DNA of 30,312 bases from a virus (lineage: Duplodnaviria; Caudoviricetes). The stretch is taken from positions 1 to 30,312 of the IMG/VR virus record IMGVR_UViG_3300022725_000052, one strand, 5' to 3'. Numbering within the stretch: position 1 is the stretch's first letter; each line of letters begins with the position of its first letter. This document shows positions 7,165-13,134 of the stretch, piece by piece. The notes beneath the pieces are model-generated. The model did not search any database. It was not told the DNA's origin and worked only from the letters and a program-made list of their open reading frames with translations. Both the position numbers and the translations under genes were made by a program.

Positions 7165-7572
7165 GTGGGACGTAACCGGATCGTGCCCGGGCTGGGTAAG
7201 CGCCTGAAGGAGGCGCGCGAAGGGCGCGGCTTGTCGCAGGACGACGTCGCCGAGCGAACGGAGGAGTTAGGCGAGTCGGTGTCGAAGAATGCGATCAGCC
7301 GGATCGAGAACGACCACATGTCGCCTACGGCCGGCGTCCTGCTGTCGCTCTGTCGGGCGCTACAGGTTGACCCGAACGACGTGCTGGAGTGGACTACGAC
7401 GGACAAGGATGAGTTCGCCGCCGAAGTCCGCAAGGTCGCGCGCTGGATGCTGCGACTGGCGGAGGAAGGCGATATCGCGCCGGTACTGTCCGAGGAGGAG
7501 TTGCCGCCCAGGGACGAGCGGACGGGGAAGGGCCGGGGCGTCGGGACACCCCGACAGAATAGCGCCGGTTAG
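7165..7572 (+). CDS. XRE-family immunity repressor (no peptidase domain)
   Basis: LGKRLKEAREGRGLSQDDVA...ISRIENDHMSPT..LLSLCRALQVDPNDVL; only plus-strand gene, divergent from early operon; GGGAG RBS before GTG 7165. Confidence 0.88.
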   Translation: MGRNRIVPGLGKRLKEAREGRGLSQDDVAERTEELGESVSKNAISRIENDHMSPTAGVLLSLCRALQVDPNDVLEWTTTDKDEFAAEVRKVARWMLRLAEEGDIAPVLSEEELPPRDERTGKGRGVGTPRQNSAG

Positions 7573-7844
7573 ATGGCCCTCAGCCTCAGAGCGGGCTCGG
7601 ACGCATCGAGCGCCGCGTAGAGCTGCACCGCGAGACGTTTCCGGTCGCCGCCGTGCTCCATCAGCCCCATCGCCCTCAACTCGCCGTCGGCGTCGACCGC
7701 GACGAACAGGCGCCGCCCGCCGAGCCGGATCGGCAACTCGCGCACCTCGTCGCGCAGCGGCTCCGGTGCCGGGTCGCCCAGCACCCCACGAGCCGGCTCG
7801 TAGGCGTGGTCGCGGGCCAGTTGCTGCATCCTGTCGATCGTCAC
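7569..7844 (-). CDS. hypothetical protein convergent on repressor
   Basis: GGAAGGAG RBS before GTG 7844; stop codon overlaps the repressor stop. Confidence 0.65.
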   Translation of the reverse strand: MTIDRMQQLARDHAYEPARGVLGDPAPEPLRDEVRELPIRLGGRRLFVAVDADGELRAMGLMEHGGDRKRLAVQLYAALDASEPALRLRAI

Positions 7845-7885
7845 TTCACGCTCCTTCCGACTGTGCGCCCGCCGAACGTATCCCG

Positions 7886-7913
7886 AATGTAGCGCGCGCT
7901 GGTTGGCCTGCAA
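7886..7913 (-). promoter_or_regulatory. possible promoter for 7569..7844 gene
   Basis: TTGCAG, 16 bp, TACATT, flanked by GATACGTT direct repeats (7875-7882, 7912-7919). Confidence 0.35.
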
Positions 7914-7939
7914 CGTATCGCCAGCGGATCAACGCCCCA

Positions 7940-8536
7940 TCATCGCGTGAGCAGGTAGACCGCGCCCCCGGCGATCGCGAGCTTCGGCACGTCGGCGAAG
8001 TCGAGCGACAGAAAGCCGGGCGAACGCAAGGCCTCGATCTCTACTACCGCCGCCTCGTAGGCGTCCCGCCAGTGCGCTACCGTGCTATCGCGTTCCATCT
8101 TCGCGAGTCGCAGGTTCGCCGCCGCCTCGGCTTTCGCGAGCGCCGTTCGGCGTTCGGCGGCCTCCGTCGCGCGGCGTTCCTCGGCTACGGCCGTCTCCCA
8201 GAACGCCGTGATCTGATCGAGCTCGCGCTGCTGTTCGGCGGTAAGCTGCGCACGGAGCCGACCCGTCCGCTCGTTCGCCTGGCCTACTGCGACCTCCGAC
8301 GCCTCGCGGGCCCGGGCCAGCGAATCGGCCCAAATCGAGTCCTGCCGCGCGAGGGAGTCCGCGAGCGCGTTCCGTGCCGCCCATGCCTTCGCGGCGGCGC
8401 TGTCGGCCTTCAGGGCGCGTTCCTCGGCCGCCTGACGGGCGGCACGCTCCGCCTCGGCGTCGTCACCGCTCCCCAGCGCGAGTATCAGCCCGAGCGCCAG
8501 TGCGAGCGCCCAGCCGACGAGCCCGAGCTTGCTCAC
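7940..8536 (-). CDS. spanin-like (Rz-like) coiled-coil membrane protein
   Basis: N-terminal TM, long Ala/Glu/Arg coiled coil, C-terminal hydrophobic segment; last gene of lysis region; GTGA start at 8536. Confidence 0.6.
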   Translation of the reverse strand: MSKLGLVGWALALALGLILALGSGDDAEAERAARQAAEERALKADSAAAKAWAARNALADSLARQDSIWADSLARAREASEVAVGQANERTGRLRAQLTAEQQRELDQITAFWETAVAEERRATEAAERRTALAKAEAAANLRLAKMERDSTVAHWRDAYEAAVVEIEALRSPGFLSLDFADVPKLAIAGGAVYLLTR

Positions 8537-9507
8537 ATCGGTGCCCAGTTGAAGGAGTTGCAACGGTTAGGCCCAGCGTCCGCCGCCTCCTTGTAGCGGA
8601 CGCACGACCAGACGGACGTTACCGTGTCGTAGGCGAGCGGCTGGCGCCATTCACGGGCTGTCCCGATGAGCGCACGCCGGAACGTCGCGCCGGGACCGTT
8701 CGGGCCGCCCGTGACGATCACGCTGTCCGTCCCTGCCGGGGCCGCGGTCCACTGTATGAGCAGGCCGTTGTCCTCGCCCTCGACGTACCCGGCGAGCGTG
8801 ACGCTGGCGGGCATCGGGAGGTCACCGGGGTCAGTCGCTACGGATTCCTCCGGCGGGCAGTCGGGCGGGACGCGGTCGAGTCCCTGCGCGAACATCGAGT
8901 CAACGCCCACCGTCCAGTCGGCCACCTTCAGACCGAGCGCGATTCCCGCCGCGATGATCTTCTCTGTGAAGCTGTAGCCGTCAGCCTCTCCGTCCGTCAT
9001 GCAGATCCACGGACGACTCTCGTGGACGCGGACGCGCCGCCAGCCGTCGCCGGTCGGCACCCATAGGTTGTCGTCCTCGCGCTGGAACGTCGGCCAGATG
9101 TGCCGCACATAGTCGTTGGTCGGGATGCGCCACGTCATTTGTATCGTGTCGCCCCCGGCGCTGGCCCATGCTACGCTCGAATCGCCCCAAGCCCAATGGG
9201 TGTAGAGCCGCCGCCCGTCACCGACCCAGGGCGGCGAGGTCGAGTCGGGCACGGCATCCGGCAGTCGCCATTCGGGCGGCGCGGAATCGGGCACCAGGTC
9301 GGACGCATAGATCGTGTCCACCGTGCCGTCCGGGTGCGTCTCTATCCGCTCGATCAGGTCGAGCACCTTCGTAAGCTGCGTCTCGGCGCCGCGGATGAAC
9401 CCGCGCGACCGAATCGCCTCGGCGCGGGCCGAATCCCTGACCGTCTCCTGCGCCGCTACGGGCGTTGCCAGCACGGCGAGTAGTACCGCGAGTCGTCGTA
9501 TCATCAT
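8533..9507 (-). CDS. secreted protein with signal peptide and C-terminal beta-sandwich-like domain
   Basis: MMIRRLAVLLAVLATPVAA|QET signal peptide; GGAGAGG RBS; FN3-like LIQW...SVIV pattern (inferred). Confidence 0.75.
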   Translation of the reverse strand: MMIRRLAVLLAVLATPVAAQETVRDSARAEAIRSRGFIRGAETQLTKVLDLIERIETHPDGTVDTIYASDLVPDSAPPEWRLPDAVPDSTSPPWVGDGRRLYTHWAWGDSSVAWASAGGDTIQMTWRIPTNDYVRHIWPTFQREDDNLWVPTGDGWRRVRVHESRPWICMTDGEADGYSFTEKIIAAGIALGLKVADWTVGVDSMFAQGLDRVPPDCPPEESVATDPGDLPMPASVTLAGYVEGEDNGLLIQWTAAPAGTDSVIVTGGPNGPGATFRRALIGTAREWRQPLAYDTVTSVWSCVRYKEAADAGPNRCNSFNWAPM

Positions 9508-9680
9508 GCCTCTCCGTTGAGCAGTTGAACGGTCCGGCCGCTACTGTGCGTCCCGGCGAGCTCGGGCGGACCCTCGATCCATGCCGCCGCCAGTTGGCTA
9601 CTATCCGCTTGCGCGGGGCGACCCGTGCGAACCGAGGCGCAAAGCCATCGGGCTGCCAGCCGTCCGGTGCCCTCGCCCAC
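9504..9680 (-). CDS. possible small hypothetical protein (58 aa)
   Basis: GAGGGAG RBS, GTG start, stop in ATGA overlap with next gene; unremarkable sequence. Confidence 0.35.
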   Translation of the reverse strand: MGEGTGRLAARWLCASVRTGRPAQADSSQLAAAWIEGPPELAGTHSSGRTVQLLNGEA

Positions 9681-9716
9681 GATCTCCCTCGCTACGGGGG
9701 ACCGGTCCCGTCCATA

Positions 9717-10034
9717 TCATGACGCCAGCACCCGGAGCTTGTAGTCCGTCGCCGGCGAACAATTGCCGCACCGTGTCGTGCGTCCGTCCATCCCTCGCGG
9801 CACGCGCCAGAGCCGGTCGCAGATCGAACAGCGGACCACGTCTCCGTCCAGATCGCTTACCGGCTCACGCGCCGCCGGGCACGCGCCGCGGATCGCCGCG
9901 AGCTCATGCATGCGCTCGACCTCGACGACCTCGCCCTCGAGCAACACCGTCTCGCGTCCATCAATCACGACGCCGATCTGCGTCGTGAGCATCCTGACCC
10001 TCATGGGTAGGCAGACCGGCAAGCTGTCCCGCAC
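9717..10034 (-). CDS. zinc-ribbon protein
   Basis: VRCSIC...TRCGNC; start uncertain (10034 or 10004). Confidence 0.6.
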   Translation of the reverse strand: MRDSLPVCLPMRVRMLTTQIGVVIDGRETVLLEGEVVEVERMHELAAIRGACPAAREPVSDLDGDVVRCSICDRLWRVPRGMDGRTTRCGNCSPATDYKLRVLAS

Positions 10035-10104
10035 CGGGGTTTCGCTCCGCTGGTACTTCTGGATCCAGGAGCCCGGCCCTTCGTTCTCACCGGCCCGCCG
10101 ATGG

Positions 10105-10281
10105 TCACCAGAACTTCAGCCCGCTCAGGAACCCGCCGAGCACGGCAAGCACTTGCTCCAGCATGGCGAGGTCGAGCCAGCCCACCGACGCGGCAACGAC
10201 GAGCCCGCCCGCGACCAGCGTCAGCCATACGAGCGGCTGGCCGAGGAAGTCGAGCAGGATTTCGAGGTTACGCCGCGCCAT
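10105..10281 (-). CDS. small 2-TM holin-like protein (58 aa)
   Basis: Manual translation MARRNLEILLDFLGQPLVWLTLVAGGLVVAASVGWLDLAMLEQVLAVLGGFLSGLKFW; not in ORF track. Confidence 0.65.
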   Translation of the reverse strand: MARRNLEILLDFLGQPLVWLTLVAGGLVVAASVGWLDLAMLEQVLAVLGGFLSGLKFW

Positions 10282-10495
10282 CGCCCCGGCCGATCACCGA
10301 CGCCAGCAGCTTGTAGATCCGCGCCTCTTTCTCGCGCACGAGCTCCGTCCCTACGCCCGTCGTGAGCAGCGTAATCAGGATCACGGGCCATTCCGCTACC
10401 GGGTCGATCCAGCCGACCGCGCCCATGATCCAGAGCACCGTAGGGGCGGCCCCGAGCATGAGGATCACCGTTCCTGCGAGCTTGCGTTGTTTCAT
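10268..10495 (-). CDS. small 2-TM holin-like protein (75 aa)
   Basis: MKQRKLAGTVILMLGAAPTVLWIMGAVGWIDPVAEWPVILITLLTTGVG; ATGA start. Confidence 0.65.
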   Translation of the reverse strand: MKQRKLAGTVILMLGAAPTVLWIMGAVGWIDPVAEWPVILITLLTTGVGTELVREKEARIYKLLASVIGRGDGAA

Positions 10496-10872
10496 GGATC
10501 CCCCAGCGGTTCGGGTTCGAAGCATTGCGGATGGTCCGCGCCTCTCTCGTCCCGGCAGTCCTGCCACGCCCAGCGTGCCCAGCGGTAATCGGATTCCGCC
10601 CGGCACCGGCGCTCGCGGACCTGACCCGCTGGTAGCTCCGTCCGGTACTCGCGGCAATCGGCGAGCGCGGCGCGGTCCTCCTGTCGGCGTAGCAGATCGA
10701 CGACGGATTCGAGCTTCTGCGCGGTGGGCTGCATCTGTTTCTGGACTTCGGCCGCGGCCTCTTGCGCGATCAGGTCGCGGACGCTCGACTGGACGGGGCC
10801 GAGCACGACGGCGATCGCGCCCCCTACGGCGACGACGGCACCGGCCCATGCGGTGACTCCCCCGGCGGTCAT
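10492..10872 (-). CDS. single-TM coiled-coil protein with 4 Cys
   Basis: MTAGGVTAWAGAVVAVGGAIAVVLGP + helical region; ATGA-coupled to endolysin. Confidence 0.65.
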   Translation of the reverse strand: MTAGGVTAWAGAVVAVGGAIAVVLGPVQSSVRDLIAQEAAAEVQKQMQPTAQKLESVVDLLRRQEDRAALADCREYRTELPAGQVRERRCRAESDYRWARWAWQDCRDERGADHPQCFEPEPLGDP

Positions 10873-11351
10873 GCGGCGCCTCCAAAGACTACGGTTCCGG
10901 TCGCCAGCCACGTCGATACCTCGAATGACGGGCAGGCTTTGATCCACTCGTGCGGCTCGACCACGCCATCATCGTCCATGTCGGGCGACAGATCGCGGTG
11001 CCCGAGCACCCGTGCGTCGGGATACCGCTGGAGCAGGCCATCCACCACGAGCCGCAGCGTCTCCATCTGGACCGGTGCGTACTTCGCGGCCGGATCGCCC
11101 GCTTCGTCGAGCCCGCCCACCAGGCACACGCCGACCGATCGCGAGTTGTGGCCCTTGACGTGCGCACCTAGATCGTCCCACGGCCGGCCGAGTTCGAGGT
11201 TCCCGTTCCGCCGGATCACGCCGTGATAGCCGATACCAGACCAGCCGAACCCCCGGTGCATCGCGTCGATCTCCCGCGCGCCGATGTCCTGCGACGGCTT
11301 CGTCGCCGCGCAGTGGATCACGATCAGTTCCGTAAAGCCGCGGGACGCCAC
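10869..11351 (-). CDS. endolysin, N-acetylmuramoyl-L-alanine amidase (T7 lysozyme-like, Amidase_2)
   Basis: IVIHCAAT, IGYHGVIRRNG, GAHVKGHNSRSVGVCLVGG, GHRD, KACPSF; GTG start at 11351. Confidence 0.95.
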   Translation of the reverse strand: MASRGFTELIVIHCAATKPSQDIGAREIDAMHRGFGWSGIGYHGVIRRNGNLELGRPWDDLGAHVKGHNSRSVGVCLVGGLDEAGDPAAKYAPVQMETLRLVVDGLLQRYPDARVLGHRDLSPDMDDDGVVEPHEWIKACPSFEVSTWLATGTVVFGGAA

Positions 11352-11352
11352 G

Positions 11353-11703
11353 TCAGAACAGCCCGGCCACGAGCGCGAACAGCGCGACGCCCACGGGCAC
11401 GGACCAGAAGTCGCCAAACCCGTCCTTGAGCTTCGCTGTCAGATGCTTCTGCGCGTCCGGGTCCGCCGACTCGTGCGCCTTGATCCATGCCGGGATGATG
11501 TCGGACAGCTCGCGGTGTCCGAACACCATCAGCGCGCCGTAGGTGCCGACGCCGAGCCGCGCGTCGTGGGGCCACTCGCCGGGCATCACGACCATGAAGG
11601 CGTAGGTTAGCCCGACGATCAGGAACGCCTGAATCGCGTGGCCCACCCACGTCAGCAGGTCCGTCGAATGGAGCTTCCGGTACAGCGCGATCAGCTTGTT
11701 CAT
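11353..11703 (-). CDS. holin-like multi-TM protein
   Basis: About three hydrophobic segments, directly upstream of the endolysin; GGAGG RBS. Confidence 0.6.
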   Translation of the reverse strand: MNKLIALYRKLHSTDLLTWVGHAIQAFLIVGLTYAFMVVMPGEWPHDARLGVGTYGALMVFGHRELSDIIPAWIKAHESADPDAQKHLTAKLKDGFGDFWSVPVGVALFALVAGLF

Positions 11704-12164
11704 GGTCCGCCTCCGTGTTCGCGTTCAAAGTCACGCCGCAAGGCCGTCTGCTGTTCGTGGAGCACCTTGATGCTGGCCGACAGGCTGTTCAGGCCCTCGG
11801 AGCCCATTTGCTTCGCGAGCTCACTCTGCGCTGCCGTCTCGATCATCTGCTCGCGCAGTTCCTCCGTCCGCCGCTCAATCATCTCGTCGATGGCGACACG
11901 ACTCGGCAGGTGCTCAACGTCGGCCGTCAGGGCCGCCATCTGCCTGCCCATGTTCCAGATGCCGCCGACTCCGGCCATCCCGATGGGCACCGCGAGCACA
12001 GCAAGGCCGGCGAGCACCTTGATCAGCATGTCGAGTTTGGCCTCTACGCTCGCAACGGCTGTCGCCGCGCCGTTACTCAGCCCGTCGACCGTGACGTGCG
12101 TCTGCGGCGGCCTGCTGCGGCGTTCGGTACCGTCGCGCCGTTCCTTGTCGTACTCGTCGGGCAT
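11700..12164 (-). CDS. single-TM coiled-coil protein
   Basis: MPDEYDKERR...LIKVLAGLAVLAVPIGMAGVGGIW + coiled coil; TGATG overlap. Confidence 0.65.
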   Translation of the reverse strand: MPDEYDKERRDGTERRSRPPQTHVTVDGLSNGAATAVASVEAKLDMLIKVLAGLAVLAVPIGMAGVGGIWNMGRQMAALTADVEHLPSRVAIDEMIERRTEELREQMIETAAQSELAKQMGSEGLNSLSASIKVLHEQQTALRRDFEREHGGGP

Positions 12165-12457
12165 CAGAAGCCGCCGAAGAAGATCGCCGTTACGGTCCCG
12201 CCGCCCGAGACGTCCGTCAGGTTCGCCCGGTAGTCGTTCGCACCCGTCTCGATCGAGTAGATGCCGTCGGCCGTGATGTCGTCCCCGACCTGCGTCCACG
12301 TCGTCCCTTCGTCGTTCGACGCCTCGACCTGCACGATGTCGTTCGTGACCATCCCGTCGACCTGCAGGCTGATCGTGGTCCGGTTGATCGAGCCGACCCC
12401 ATAGGTGCCGCCGGTAGTTACCTGGTCGGCCGCGTCCAGCGTCTTGAATCCAGCCAT
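12164..12457 (-). CDS. small beta-rich putative virion protein
   Basis: VQVEASNDEGTTWT, YRANLT; GGAGG RBS. Confidence 0.65.
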   Translation of the reverse strand: MAGFKTLDAADQVTTGGTYGVGSINRTTISLQVDGMVTNDIVQVEASNDEGTTWTQVGDDITADGIYSIETGANDYRANLTDVSGGGTVTAIFFGGF

Positions 12458-12475
12458 CTCAGTCCTCCATTTCGA

Positions 12476-12931
12476 TCATGTGAAAGTCGCGATTCCCACA
12501 GCATCCCACGCGGCCGTGAAGTCATTGCCGTTCGTCGCGGTGTCCGGCGCGAGGTCCACGTAGAAGATCAATTCCGTGTCCGTGTCGTCGGTGCCCTCTT
12601 TGATGAACACCGCGCCCGCGATCGTCGCGCCGGCCCCGAGCGCCGTCCACGTCTGGTCCGGCCCGTCGACCACGGCCCGGTCGTTCGCGTTGTCCTTGGT
12701 CACGGTCAGCGCGATCGTCTTACGGCCCGACCCGCCGAATCCGCCCGTGTATCCCGTCACGCTGATCTCGTGGTCGATCGGATCGTCGGCCCCGCCCTCG
12801 TCGACGAACTCGTCGTCGGCGTCCGGCACGTAGCCGGCCGCGACCAGCATCACCTTGATCGTGTCCGTGTCGAGGTCGATCAGCCCGGACGCGCTCTTCG
12901 CCTTGAAGGCGTTGTATACGAGGCTCGCCAT
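12476..12931 (-). CDS. putative minor tail / virion structural protein
   Basis: IDLDTDTIKVMLV...LIFYVDL...TNGNDFT..W...GI pattern seen in phage tail-region proteins; GGAGAGG RBS. Confidence 0.7.
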   Translation of the reverse strand: MASLVYNAFKAKSASGLIDLDTDTIKVMLVAAGYVPDADDEFVDEGGADDPIDHEISVTGYTGGFGGSGRKTIALTVTKDNANDRAVVDGPDQTWTALGAGATIAGAVFIKEGTDDTDTELIFYVDLAPDTATNGNDFTAAWDAVGIATFT

Positions 12932-13123
12932 CTATTCCTCTCCTCCGTCGACCCGCTCCCAGCGGTGGAAAAACATCGGCACCCGAACCTCGATCGTAGT
13001 CTCGCCCATCTGGAGCGTCACGCGGCCGCCTGCGACGTGCGTGACCGTGTGTTCGCCGGGCGGGTAGTCCGGGTCATCATCGAAGGCCCGCTGCCAGGTG
13101 CTGCCGATCGGTATGCGGCTCAT
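12932..13123 (-). CDS. hypothetical protein (63 aa)
   Basis: MSRIPIGSTWQR...WERVDGGEE; GAGGAG RBS. Confidence 0.55.
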   Translation of the reverse strand: MSRIPIGSTWQRAFDDDPDYPPGEHTVTHVAGGRVTLQMGETTIEVRVPMFFHRWERVDGGEE

Positions 13124-13134
13124 GGCATTGCTCC

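Noticed and set aside
8085-8384. Embedded Rz1-like o-spanin within the spanin-like gene
   Set aside because: The alternate-frame ORF has no hydrophobic signal or lipobox
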